A stretch of 64,000 nucleotides of DNA from contig JAWCMB010000001.1 in assembly GCA_038850115.1 (NCBI GenBank), positions 8,536-72,535 of the forward strand, written 5' to 3'. The position numbers and the translations under genes are program-made. Positions 10,118 through 19,611 of the stretch are shown here, piece after piece (position 1 is the stretch's first letter; the number at the start of each line of letters is the position of its first letter). The notes below the pieces were generated by a model that was not told the DNA's origin, made no database searches, and worked only from the letters and a program-made list of their open reading frames with translations. The DNA is from Thermoproteota archaeon (lineage in GTDB: Archaea; Thermoproteota; EX4484-205; JAAOZP01).

Positions 10118-11350
10118 TCACAGTCTGATTCTCGGGTCGAAATAAGCGTAGAGCAAATCTACAACTAGGCTTACTAAGGACACTAAAATGCCGAAGAAAA
10201 CAACTGCTCCTTGAATGGCCGTGTAATCTCTAAAGTTGATGCGGTCAACGATGTATCTTCCTAGGCCCGGCCATGAGAATGTTGTTTCAGTTAACACTGC
10301 TCCAGCGAGGAGCGTTGCGAATTGAAGCCCCATCATAGTAAGTATTGGGAGGAAGGCGTTTCTGAAAGCGTAGCCGTAGGTTACCGTTATCTCCTTTAAT
10401 CCCCTTGCCTTGGCTGCGGTGACGAAGTCGAGCCTAAGTGTTTCAAGCATATTGCTTCTCGTTAGCCTGATGAAGACTCCTGAGAGAACAAGGCCTAAAG
10501 TTAAGGAGGGTAGAAAAAGATATCTTAGGGTTTCTGCAAATTTGTAAGGGTTTCCTTCAAGAATACTGTCCACCGTGTATAAGCCCGTGGAGACTCGAAG
10601 CTCGCCTAATGTGATGAAATGCCATCCAGCTAAGGCCCAGAGGACCCATACTGTTAGAAACAGGGAGATGAAGAGCCCCAAGGTTTTCCCAGTGATTTTT
10701 TTGCCTTTAATCTTCAGCACTACGACGCATAAGGTTACGGCCACTAGACCGGCCGCGCATGAGAGGAGAAGGTGAGTAGAAAAACCCCCTGGCGGTTGGG
10801 AAAGCGGTATTTTAAGACCCGACGGCTCCATTGTTGGGCGGATTCGTCCTCCCACTGGCAGCCAGCGCAAACCAACTCCAAAAACAATCTGGAAAATCAT
10901 TCCTAGGAAGAAGACTGGAATAGCGTAAGTGACTATTCCGAATACCCTTACAATTTGATCCTTAGGTTTATTGTAGGATTTTGACGATTCAACCCCTAGG
11001 AATATGCCGATGGAAACGGCAATGATTATGGAGAAGATTGCGAGCTCAAGCGTCGCAGGAAATGCGGATAAGATTTGACTCGCCACCGGAGAGTAGTCTT
11101 GCATCGACTTACCAAGATCGCCTCTTAAGAGGTTGAATAAGTAGTCGAAATACTGTATCCATATGGGTTTGTCGAGGCCCAGCTTTTGTCGCATCTCTTC
11201 CATCGCCCTCGGGTTTTCCATTTTTTCGAAGTGGAGTAGAACAGGGTCTCCGGGCAAAACCCGCACAATAATAAAAACTATTGTAAGCAGTATGAATATC
11301 ATCGGAATTGTCAGCAAGATTCTTGAGACCACGTAGGAGCGCAGGGTCAT
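10118..11350 (-). CDS. ABC peptide transporter permease (OppB/DppB-like, 410 aa)
   Basis: Multi-TM; loop AKARGLKEITVTYGYAFRNA. Operon context. Confidence 0.85.
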   Translation of the reverse strand: MTLRSYVVSRILLTIPMIFILLTIVFIIVRVLPGDPVLLHFEKMENPRAMEEMRQKLGLDKPIWIQYFDYLFNLLRGDLGKSMQDYSPVASQILSAFPATLELAIFSIIIAVSIGIFLGVESSKSYNKPKDQIVRVFGIVTYAIPVFFLGMIFQIVFGVGLRWLPVGGRIRPTMEPSGLKIPLSQPPGGFSTHLLLSCAAGLVAVTLCVVVLKIKGKKITGKTLGLFISLFLTVWVLWALAGWHFITLGELRVSTGLYTVDSILEGNPYKFAETLRYLFLPSLTLGLVLSGVFIRLTRSNMLETLRLDFVTAAKARGLKEITVTYGYAFRNAFLPILTMMGLQFATLLAGAVLTETTFSWPGLGRYIVDRINFRDYTAIQGAVVFFGILVSLVSLVVDLLYAYFDPRIRL

Positions 11351-11402
11351 CTACTTTTCACATCCATTAAATTTAAAAAAGAAAAAGAAGGGGTGCTAAA
11401 AA

Positions 11403-13052
11403 TCATTTTTCCCGGTAAACCAGCCAGTGCCGCCAAGACTGCGTTATGTCAAGATAAATCCCTTTAATATCCTGTTTTGTAACCGCCCAGGCTGAGCCCT
11501 GGTAAATAGGTATTATTGGGCAGTCGTCCACCAGGAGGTCTTGAATCTGCCCGTAAAGGTTTTCTCTTGCAGATTGCGTTGTGTTACCCCTCGCCCATTC
11601 AATAAGCTGATCCATCAGCGGGTTTCCATAATTGTGATGCAGCCATGACCCGCCTGAAGAGTGGAGGAACGGATAAATGTAGTCGTCTGGATCAATGTAA
11701 TCCGGGTACCATCCTAAAATGTAGGCATCCATCTCTTCGTTTCTTCTCGACACCCTATATGCTGCCCAGTCCCTTCCCTCTAACGTTACTGATATTACTC
11801 CGCTGGCCTCAAGAGAAGATTTGAGCATCTGTGCAAGCTGTGGGCTTTGTGGATAATGCCCGGAAGTCTCATACCATAGCTTGAATTCTAGCTTATTGTT
11901 TTCATTGTAACCAAGCTGGCTGAGTAATTCCCTTGTTAAAGCATAGTTCGGATCGCCGAGCTCAAGGAAGGCATCCTTGTGGCCAAACATGCCGACCGGT
12001 ATCATGCTGTACAATTTTTGAACCTGGCCGAGAAACACTGTTTCGACAATCGCCGTCCTATTTATTGCAGCAGCAACCGCCTGCCTGATTTTCGGGTTGT
12101 CGAACGGAGGACGCTTCATCTGCAGAACCAAGTACTGGATGAACGCACCAGTCCCCTCCCAGACTTTAAGGTTAGTCTTCGTCTTAAGATTGTTTATGTC
12201 GGCTGCTGAAAGCTGTCTGAAGGCAATGTCGATTTCCCCGGCGTCAATGGCTAGAGCTAGACCAGCGGAATCAGCATAGAATTTAATTATGATTGTTTTT
12301 GTTTTCGGATAGCCTCCGGTTGCGTTCCAGTAATTGGGGTTGGCTTCAAGACGCATCTCCGTGTCTTTTCCAGCAACCCTTTCCCATTTAGTCAACACGT
12401 AAGGGCCTAGGCCCATCGGGTGACTTCCACGTGGATCACCCTCCTTATACTCGACGACAGCGTCAAACGGGGCATACTTCGGATCAACAATGTATGAGGC
12501 TTGGCAAGCCAGAAGCGATAGGAAGGCGGAGAATGGAATTTTAAGGTAGAATTTTACGACGTATTTGCTGACTACAGTGACGTTTTCAATTATGTCGCCA
12601 TAGCCGATGCCCACGAAAGGCCCATCCTCGTCAGCTATACCGATGCCTCTGTCGAAAGTATACTTGACATGGGTGGCGTTAAACTCAGTGCCATCCTCAA
12701 AGTTAACGCCCTGCCTAAGGTTAAAGGTCCAGACTTTCCCGTCTTCAGAAACACTCCAAGAAGTTGCTAGGGCGGGAACAATGTCCTCAGCTGCACCAGT
12801 GGCACCAGGACGGTACTCAACCAGCCCAGAGCCCAAGGATTGTATTATCTCCCATCCGAAGAAGTCGTAAGCCCTTGCAGGGTCGAGGCAAGACTCAACG
12901 GAGTCCGTCGTACCCATGATCAGTAATGATTCTTCCTCAGGCGGTTTCTCTTCCTCTTTTTCCTTAGGTGGCTGTAGCAAATAGTATCCTGCAATCGCCG
13001 CTGCGACAATTACTACGATCACTATGCCCAGAAGAACCTTGTTTCCTTTCAT
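11403..13052 (-). CDS. ABC transporter substrate-binding protein (family 5, DppA/OppA-like, 549 aa) with N-terminal signal anchor
   Basis: N-terminus MKGNKVLLGIVIVVIVAAAIAGYY then a Glu/Pro-rich linker. Size and position at the head of the B-C-D-F genes. Confidence 0.8.
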   Translation of the reverse strand: MKGNKVLLGIVIVVIVAAAIAGYYLLQPPKEKEEEKPPEEESLLIMGTTDSVESCLDPARAYDFFGWEIIQSLGSGLVEYRPGATGAAEDIVPALATSWSVSEDGKVWTFNLRQGVNFEDGTEFNATHVKYTFDRGIGIADEDGPFVGIGYGDIIENVTVVSKYVVKFYLKIPFSAFLSLLACQASYIVDPKYAPFDAVVEYKEGDPRGSHPMGLGPYVLTKWERVAGKDTEMRLEANPNYWNATGGYPKTKTIIIKFYADSAGLALAIDAGEIDIAFRQLSAADINNLKTKTNLKVWEGTGAFIQYLVLQMKRPPFDNPKIRQAVAAAINRTAIVETVFLGQVQKLYSMIPVGMFGHKDAFLELGDPNYALTRELLSQLGYNENNKLEFKLWYETSGHYPQSPQLAQMLKSSLEASGVISVTLEGRDWAAYRVSRRNEEMDAYILGWYPDYIDPDDYIYPFLHSSGGSWLHHNYGNPLMDQLIEWARGNTTQSARENLYGQIQDLLVDDCPIIPIYQGSAWAVTKQDIKGIYLDITQSWRHWLVYREK

Positions 13053-13216
13053 TTTTATTTCGCCTTCACCGAAGCCCCTTTCTGTTTCAGAGCATATATA
13101 TAAGAGTTATGTAGTAGAGGGGCGGGAAAAAGCCTCCTTCGATATAGAGCTAAACCAATCTTTAACGGAATGCTCCGTGTAAGCCTGTTCCATCGATAGG
13201 ATTTCCATATACGTAA

Positions 13217-14086
13217 TCAAACTCTTAACCCATGTAGCGAGCCCCTTAAAGCCTCAAGCTGGTTGACCTCAATGTGCAAGTATTCTGCGGCGGATACTAA
13301 GGCTATGCCCATTTTTTCAGCCTCCTCAGACAAGCTTTCGAAATACTTCCTCCAGCCCAGGTCTCTCAGCAGATGGTGGTCAAGGATCATCACGGAGGGA
13401 CGTGCCTGATTCATTATCCTTCTAATGTTTCTAAGGCTTGCTTCAAGCTCCTCCACCGTGAAGTTTAGACCGAGCATATACGTAGATGGGCCGTCTATGA
13501 AAATCGAGCGCGGCTTCTTTCCGATCACGAACCTAACCTGGTAGTCTAGCGGGAAACCCTGCACATCGCTCGTGAAGAGGAAACTGTCAGAGGAATCCTT
13601 AACGCTAAGCTGGACAACGTAGCCCAGCTGGCTATCCGGGCCGTGTGGAACAGGATTGGAGAACTCGAGCTTAGTCCCGCCGAACACAAACTCCTTGCCG
13701 TCGGCAACCATAACCTGAGCAGCAATCGGCTTGATCTTCTCGAGAAATACTCTCGCCCTTCCTCTCTGACTGAAGTTTATCATGTTCTCAGGATCCTTAA
13801 CTATGACTATTCTCCCCCCGTAGATATTCTCGAGAAGCCTTATTGAACTATGATGATCATAGTGATAATGTGTTACTGCAACAACCTCGCATTCCTCTGC
13901 CACAGAGGCTATTCTCCCCCAACATTCCTCGAGGAGGCTAAGCTCCTTCGGATGCGGTGGAAGCCCGTATCTTCGAGGCGCAACGGCGGCAGCAGGGTCT
14001 ATTATCAGCTTCAAGTCTCCAGTTTCAACGAGTGTAGCCATGCTTCTAACGCCCATGGAGTCGAAACAGACTGGATCTACTCTCAA
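13217..14086 (-). CDS. Metallo-beta-lactamase-fold hydrolase
   Basis: THYHYDHH metal-binding motif (HxHxDH) near the N-terminus; later Asp/His residues consistent with an MBL fold. Confidence 0.65.
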   Translation of the reverse strand: MRVDPVCFDSMGVRSMATLVETGDLKLIIDPAAAVAPRRYGLPPHPKELSLLEECWGRIASVAEECEVVAVTHYHYDHHSSIRLLENIYGGRIVIVKDPENMINFSQRGRARVFLEKIKPIAAQVMVADGKEFVFGGTKLEFSNPVPHGPDSQLGYVVQLSVKDSSDSFLFTSDVQGFPLDYQVRFVIGKKPRSIFIDGPSTYMLGLNFTVEELEASLRNIRRIMNQARPSVMILDHHLLRDLGWRKYFESLSEEAEKMGIALVSAAEYLHIEVNQLEALRGSLHGLRV

Positions 14087-14181
14087 TTCTTTCCTCTAAT
14101 TGTTTAATGACGCAGAAATAAAATTTTTCTAATAGTATGAATCTGAGTAATGCGGCCAGATTCTAATGGTTGTTCCTATGT

Positions 14182-14508
14182 TTACTCCGCGCCTTTAATC
14201 CACTTTGAGAAGTCTAGCGCCCTCTTTAAAACACCCTTCTTAACGAGAGAGCAGTATACTTCCCTACCCTTCTTAACGGTCTTAACCAAGCCGGCGTTCT
14301 CGAGAATCCTGATGTGGTATGACACTGTGGGTTGTGAAAGGTTAAACTTTTCAACGATGCCTGTTATCATCATGCTCTCACTCTCTATTATTGAGAGTAT
14401 TCTGAGGCGGGTTGGGTCGGCCAGTGCCTTGAACACTTTAGCCGCGTGCTTGAATGCCTCCTCATCCTCCTTTTTGATTGACAATTCTATATCGTTGATA
14501 AATGCCAA
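14182..14508 (-). CDS. ArsR/SmtB-family winged-helix transcriptional regulator (probable TTG start)
   Basis: ALADPTRLRILSII...LSQPTVSYHIRILENAGLV is the typical ArsR HTH signature. The start codon is TTG; the preceding in-frame codon is a stop. Confidence 0.8.
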   Translation of the reverse strand: MAFINDIELSIKKEDEEAFKHAAKVFKALADPTRLRILSIIESESMMITGIVEKFNLSQPTVSYHIRILENAGLVKTVKKGREVYCSLVKKGVLKRALDFSKWIKGAE

Positions 14509-14531
14509 AGATTAATATATAAATCTTTTGG
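14505..14531. promoter_or_regulatory. Imperfect inverted repeat CCAAAGATT-aatatata-AATCTTTTGG overlapping the ArsR start codon and an AT-rich TATA-like core; candidate operator or promoter element
   Basis: Read directly: the arms are reverse complements apart from one extra A/T; the spacer is TATA-like on both strands. Confidence 0.3.
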
Positions 14532-14614
14532 ATGGTACTTAACAGATAGAAAATACTCTGAAAAACCCCTTAGAAGGGTTAAAAAGGCTTAAGTTAAATA
14601 TTTAAAAGCTATTA

Positions 14615-16045
14615 TCAGCCTCGCGTGAGCTCGCCTACAAGCCTGTTTTCAGAATCGTAGAGCAGTATCCTAATGGGCATTCCACCTATTGCGTGAGTAG
14701 CACAGCTCAGGCAAGGATCTAGGGCGCGCACAACCGCCTCAACCCTGTTCAGCATCCCCTCGCTGAGACTCCTGCCATTAACATATTTTTTAGCAACCTG
14801 CGTCACAGCCCTGTTGAAAGCAAGATTATTGTTAACAGTAGCAACTATCAGGTTCACCCAGCTTATCCTACCCTGGTCGTCAACCCTATAGTGGTGTATC
14901 AAGGTTCCCCTGGGGGCCTCAATCACTCCTGTGCCCTCCCTCCTGTTGAGAGAAGCCCTAGCCTGAACATTCGAGTCTAAAACCTCAGGTTCCCTAAGGA
15001 TCTCCTCAGCCTTCTCCAAGCAGAAAACTATTTCGATTAAGCGAGCATAGTGGTACATGAAGGTGTTTTGAACCACCCCGTTGCCACCCAGCTTCTTAAA
15101 CTCTTTAAGCAGGTCGTCTGCAAGCCTCGTCCCGCAGCGCGTGGAAATGTTAAGCCTAGCCAGCGGGCCCACCCTGTAGGCACCACCAGGATAGCCTGCA
15201 GGCTTATAGTATGGGAACTTCATGTAAGACCAGTCTTCAACAGCCTCCCCAATGTATTCAAAGTATTTAGAAGGGTCCAGCTGGTCCGCCACTATCTTTC
15301 CGTCCGGGCTCATTATCCTTATCCGGCCGTCGTAGTGCTCAAGCCCACCATCATGCGTAACGAGCCCCATGTAGTACGTGGGGAAGTCGCCGAAGTTTTC
15401 AACATCACTCCTTATGCTTTCAAGCGTTTTACTGAAGAGCGAGACAGCGTTTAAAGCTATCTCAACAGCCTTGGGAACGCCTAAGAGAATCATGTCAGCC
15501 CTTTCTTTCGAAAGCGGGGTTTTCACGCCTCCCGGGACAATCCAGTCGCTTGAATGAATCCTCTTACCCGCAAGGCTTTCAATAATGCTCTGTCCAAACT
15601 TTCTCAGCCACACTCCCTGCTTAGCAAGCTCAGGATACTTCTCAGCCAGCCCGAGAATGTTCCTTTTAGATAGGTCTGAATCCGTGCCGAGAAGGAAGTC
15701 TGGTGAGGAAAGGTAGAAGAAGCTTAAAGCGTGAGACTGTATTATTTGACCCATGTGCATCAGCCTGCGCAGCAGAACCGCTGCCCCAGGTGTTTCAACG
15801 GCGACGAGATCGTCGCAGGCTTTCGCTGAAGCCAGCAGGTGGCTTACTGGACATATTCCGCATATCCTTGAAGTTATTCCCGGCATCTCGTAGAACGGCC
15901 TAGCCTCACAGAATTTTTCAAAACCTCTGAAATCCGTAACGTGGAACCTAGCCTCCCTGACAGAACCGTCGTCGTTAAGATGTATTGTTATCTTCGCGTG
16001 CCCCTCTATCCTGGTGACGGGGTTAACAACAATCTCTCTAACCAT
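14615..16045 (-). CDS. hoxH: [NiFe]-hydrogenase large subunit (HoxH-like, group 3)
   Basis: N-terminal RIEGH and RICGICPVSH (L1/NiFe-binding CxxC). C-terminal DPCLSCATHAIG (DPCxxCxxH). Confidence 0.85.
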   Translation of the reverse strand: MVREIVVNPVTRIEGHAKITIHLNDDGSVREARFHVTDFRGFEKFCEARPFYEMPGITSRICGICPVSHLLASAKACDDLVAVETPGAAVLLRRLMHMGQIIQSHALSFFYLSSPDFLLGTDSDLSKRNILGLAEKYPELAKQGVWLRKFGQSIIESLAGKRIHSSDWIVPGGVKTPLSKERADMILLGVPKAVEIALNAVSLFSKTLESIRSDVENFGDFPTYYMGLVTHDGGLEHYDGRIRIMSPDGKIVADQLDPSKYFEYIGEAVEDWSYMKFPYYKPAGYPGGAYRVGPLARLNISTRCGTRLADDLLKEFKKLGGNGVVQNTFMYHYARLIEIVFCLEKAEEILREPEVLDSNVQARASLNRREGTGVIEAPRGTLIHHYRVDDQGRISWVNLIVATVNNNLAFNRAVTQVAKKYVNGRSLSEGMLNRVEAVVRALDPCLSCATHAIGGMPIRILLYDSENRLVGELTRG

Positions 16046-16060
16046 TTTTCAAACATCCTC

Positions 16061-16594
16061 CTAACCATACTTGAACCTGCCCTCTAAAACGGGAGCCCTG
16101 CCCTCCAGAAGCTCGTTTAAAACCTGGCTTATCAACTCAGCGTTTGGTGGACATCCCGGAACATAAACGTCAACCTTAACAATCTCGTTTAAAGCAAGAA
16201 CCCTCTTCAGGAGCCTGGGCACTTGTTTCGGAGCACCCTGCTTAACGCTGGCGTTTTCAACATAAGCTTTTCTCAAAACTTCTTCATCGCTATTCCTCAA
16301 GCTGTTCCTTAGGGCAGTCACGTTCCCGTTTACAGCGCAGTCCCCAAGGGCTACGAGAATCTTGCTGTTCCTCCTAATTTTTTTCAAAAGCTCAAGCTGC
16401 TCCTCGTTCCCAACCGCGCCCTCAACAAGAGTGACGTCAACGTTTTCAGGGAAATCCTTAATATCGGCGATTGGGCTGTAGACAAGCTCTATCTTCTCAG
16501 CCAGCTCAAGAATCTTCTCATCCTGGTCTAGGAATGACATGTGGCAACCTGAGCAGCCGCTTAGCCAGACTGTTGCCAGCCTAACCTTAGCCAA
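16061..16594 (-). CDS. hoxY: [NiFe]-hydrogenase small subunit (HoxY-like, short single-cluster type)
   Basis: 177 aa with Cys motifs (SGCSGCHMS...GDCAVNG...PGCPP) typical of group-3 small subunits / NuoB-like. Confidence 0.8.
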   Translation of the reverse strand: MAKVRLATVWLSGCSGCHMSFLDQDEKILELAEKIELVYSPIADIKDFPENVDVTLVEGAVGNEEQLELLKKIRRNSKILVALGDCAVNGNVTALRNSLRNSDEEVLRKAYVENASVKQGAPKQVPRLLKRVLALNEIVKVDVYVPGCPPNAELISQVLNELLEGRAPVLEGRFKYG

Positions 16595-17353
16595 CTATTT
16601 TCCACTCCTCCTCTCCACTATGAAGGAGACAAGATCCTTCTTCTTAACCTCTGAAAGAGGCTTACCCTTAACGTAGAGCGCTCCAACCGGGCATGATGCT
16701 GAGCACTTTCCGCAGGAGGTGCACGATTGGGAGAAACCCCAGTTTTCATTCAAGTCGAAAACAACCTTAGAATTCTTCCCCCTGAGCATCAGGTCCAAGG
16801 TGTGCACGCCCTCAACCTCGTCGCAAACCCTGATGCAGCGCGTGCAGAGTATGCACCTGTTAGGGTCATATGCGAACCTCTCGTGGGTAAGGTCGACCTC
16901 GTAGTCCGTCCATTCCCTGTCGACCCTGAGATGGTCGACACCCAGCTCAGTAGCGAGCTGCTGCAGCTCGCAGCTCCCATTAGCAATGCAGACCGAGCAG
17001 ACATGAGGCCTCTCAGCCAAAAGAAGCTCCACCGCCCATCTACGGTAGCGCCTAAGCTTCTCTGAATCCGTAACTACCTCCATGCCACCAGTAACCGGCG
17101 TGACGCATGAGGCGAAGACCCTTGGGGAACCCTTAAGCTCAACCACGCAGACCCTGCATCCGCCGAGTGACGAGACTCCTTCAAGGTAGCATAATGCTGG
17201 AATATATACCATGTTCTTCCTCGCAGCCTCAAGAATAGTTTCTCCTTCTTTTGCGACAATCTTCTTCCCGTCTATAGTGAGCTCCACTGGCCTACTCAAC
17301 TTCACCGCCTCCACTGTTCCTGAAGCATTTGCCCGCGGGACACTTCTTCTCAA
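16595..17353 (-). CDS. hoxU: Hydrogenase diaphorase Fe-S subunit (HoxU-like; NuoG N-terminal-like [2Fe-2S] plus [4Fe-4S])
   Basis: LTIDGKKIVAKEGETILEAARKN..PALCY 2Fe-2S ferredoxin-like start, then CxxCxxxC(P) clusters (CILCTRCIRVC, CTSCGKCSASCP). The annotated start overlaps hoxF by 62 nt, so the true start may be downstream. Confidence 0.7.
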   Translation of the reverse strand: MRRSVPRANASGTVEAVKLSRPVELTIDGKKIVAKEGETILEAARKNMVYIPALCYLEGVSSLGGCRVCVVELKGSPRVFASCVTPVTGGMEVVTDSEKLRRYRRWAVELLLAERPHVCSVCIANGSCELQQLATELGVDHLRVDREWTDYEVDLTHERFAYDPNRCILCTRCIRVCDEVEGVHTLDLMLRGKNSKVVFDLNENWGFSQSCTSCGKCSASCPVGALYVKGKPLSEVKKKDLVSFIVERRSGK

Positions 17354-18944
17354 CTATGTGCGTAACATACTCGTCCCTGAAGTACCTGAGCGTCGTCAGA
17401 GTTGGGTTTGGCGCTGTCTGACCTAGGCCGCATAGGCTAGCCTCCTTAATGAACTCGCACAGGTCCTCAACCTTCGAGAAATCTTCAACGCTTCCCTCTC
17501 CCCGCGTGAAACCGTTCAGAATCTTGTAAAGCTTGTACAGGCCGGTCCTACAGGGAGTGCATTTTCCGCATGACTCGTCCACGCAGAACTCTGTGAAGAA
17601 CTTTGCTGTGTCAACCATGCACGACGTGTCGTCCAACACAACTATACCTCCGGAGCCCATTATGGCCCCCGCTTTAGTAAGGGACTCGTAGTCTATTGGA
17701 AGGTCGAGAAGACTCTCGGGAAGGAATCCGCCTGAGGGCCCGCCGACCTGAACAGCCTTAAAAGTCCTACCCGGGGCGACGCCCCCGCCTACTTCAAACA
17801 CAACCTCCCTCAGCGTTGTGCCCATCGGGACCTCGATTAAACCGGGGTTGTTAACCTTGCCGGTGAGGGAGAAGCATTTAGTCCCCGCACAGTTTTTGGC
17901 TCCTATGCTCGAAAACCACTCGCTCCCCTTAAGAAGTATGATTGGCACGTTAGCGAGCGTCTCAACGTTGTTTATCAGCGTCGGCTTACCCCAGAGGCCT
18001 GATTGCGCAGGGTAGGGGGGCCTGGGCCTCGGCATGGCCCGACGCCCCTCTATGGATGCAAGTATAGCAGTCTCTTCACCGGCCACGAACGCCCCTGCCC
18101 CAAGCCTCAGTTCGATGTCGAAGCTGAAGGATGTTTCGAAAACCCTCTCCCCTAAGAAGCCCATAGATTTCGCTGCCTCAATAGCTTTCCTTAGAGTTTC
18201 AACAGCCAAAGGATATTCGCTCCGCACGTATATGTAGCCCTTGCTAGAGCCAACCGCGTAGGCAGCTATAGCCATGCCCTCTATTATCGCATGCGGATCG
18301 GCCTCAGCGAGGGTGCGGTTTGCAAAAACACCGGGATCACCCTCATCAAGGTTTGCAATCACATACTTCGGAGAACCCTGTGCCCTCGCAACATACCTCC
18401 ATTTTAAGCCTGTTAAGAAGCCTGCACCCCCCCTCCCCTTTAACCCGCTTAAAGCAACTTCCTCTATCACCCCTTCAGGAGTCATCCTGGTTAAAGCCTT
18501 GAGAAGCGCGTAATAGCCTCCTACACCAATATAATCCTCTATTCTTAAAGGATCTATTTTACCAGCGTTCCTTAAGACGATCCTCAGCTGCTTCTTAAAG
18601 AAGGCTTCGTTACCGTAGAGCATGCTTTTAACAGGCCTGCCGCCGACAAGATGCTCCTTAACTATCTCCCTAGCCCTTTCAGGAGTGACGTTCTGATAAA
18701 GATAGTCACCCGGATCCACGAGGACCGCCGGCGCTAGGGAACATGTTCCAACGCAGCCCGTTCTCCCAACGTAACACTCCTCCTCAACCCCGAATTCCCT
18801 TACCGCATCCTTGAAGGCGCTTAGAACCTTTAAAGCGCCGAAAGGCATGCAGCCGCTTGAGCAGCAAACGTTTATCCTGTACCTGTATGATTTGCGGAGC
18901 TCCAGCTCCTTCTGGGCGAGACTACGAAGCTCATCTGGCTTCAA
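17292..18944 (-). CDS. hoxF: NAD(P)H-binding diaphorase subunit (HoxF/NuoF-like) with fused N-terminal NuoE-like [2Fe-2S] thioredoxin-like domain
   Basis: GRGGAGF (NADH-binding) plus NuoF-like 4Fe-4S Cys motifs (ESCGKCTPCRTG). Confidence 0.8.
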   Translation of the reverse strand: MKPDELRSLAQKELELRKSYRYRINVCCSSGCMPFGALKVLSAFKDAVREFGVEEECYVGRTGCVGTCSLAPAVLVDPGDYLYQNVTPERAREIVKEHLVGGRPVKSMLYGNEAFFKKQLRIVLRNAGKIDPLRIEDYIGVGGYYALLKALTRMTPEGVIEEVALSGLKGRGGAGFLTGLKWRYVARAQGSPKYVIANLDEGDPGVFANRTLAEADPHAIIEGMAIAAYAVGSSKGYIYVRSEYPLAVETLRKAIEAAKSMGFLGERVFETSFSFDIELRLGAGAFVAGEETAILASIEGRRAMPRPRPPYPAQSGLWGKPTLINNVETLANVPIILLKGSEWFSSIGAKNCAGTKCFSLTGKVNNPGLIEVPMGTTLREVVFEVGGGVAPGRTFKAVQVGGPSGGFLPESLLDLPIDYESLTKAGAIMGSGGIVVLDDTSCMVDTAKFFTEFCVDESCGKCTPCRTGLYKLYKILNGFTRGEGSVEDFSKVEDLCEFIKEASLCGLGQTAPNPTLTTLRYFRDEYVTHIVEKKCPAGKCFRNSGGGEVE

Positions 18945-19449
18945 CCATCTCAGCCTCCATAACAGCTTTCACCCTTTTCAACACATCCTCCGCCGTTGCT
19001 TTCCCGATTACTTCTCCGTCGACAATAGCGTTAGGAGCCATGGCGCATGCTCCGATGCACCTGGTTACGAAGAGCGAGAGCCTCCCGTCGCTAGTGGTCC
19101 CGCCACGCTTAAGGTTGAACTCTCTTTCAATGGTTGAAACAATATTCTCAACCCCCTTAACATAGCAGGCAGTCCCCATGCAGACGGTAACAATGTGCGT
19201 ACCCGGCTTCCTAAGCTTGAAAAGATTGTAGAATGTTGCAACACCATAGACGTGGCTCGGAGGAAGGCGGAGCAGCTTTGAAATATGCAGTAGAAGGTCT
19301 TTATCCAGATACCCGTAGAGCTCCTGAGCGGTGTGAAGAATCTCTAGAAGAGCATCCTTACTATACTGATGCTGCTTCACAGCCGCCTCAAGCATCAGGA
19401 GCCGTCTATCGCTCTTCAAACCGGTTTTCTGAATCCCTGAATCGGGCAT
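18931..19449 (-). CDS. hoxE: NuoE-like [2Fe-2S] thioredoxin-like subunit (HoxE-like)
   Basis: 172 aa with CMGTACY...CIGACAMAP Cys pattern typical of NuoE/HoxE. First gene of the minus-strand operon. Confidence 0.8.
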   Translation of the reverse strand: MPDSGIQKTGLKSDRRLLMLEAAVKQHQYSKDALLEILHTAQELYGYLDKDLLLHISKLLRLPPSHVYGVATFYNLFKLRKPGTHIVTVCMGTACYVKGVENIVSTIEREFNLKRGGTTSDGRLSLFVTRCIGACAMAPNAIVDGEVIGKATAEDVLKRVKAVMEAEMVEAR

Positions 19450-19568
19450 TACACAGCCGTCGAAGGGGCCAGCAGACTAATATTTAAGAATTTGCCTGAT
19501 TAGATTAGCTTAACCGGAGCTGCCAGTAATCTTAGGATGTAATTGTTTCCTCAAATATGAATTAAAGA

Positions 19569-19578
19569 TTTATAAAAA
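19569..19578 (+). promoter_or_regulatory. Putative TATA box (TTTATAAAAA) about 39 nt upstream of the sulfhydrogenase operon start, within the 162-bp divergent intergenic region shared with the hox operon
   Basis: AT-rich box in the divergent region. A TAAATAT element in matching orientation lies about 35 nt upstream of hoxE on the other strand. Confidence 0.3.
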
Positions 19579-19611
19579 GCAGTGTAAGCAATACTTGATA
19601 GTGATAATGGA

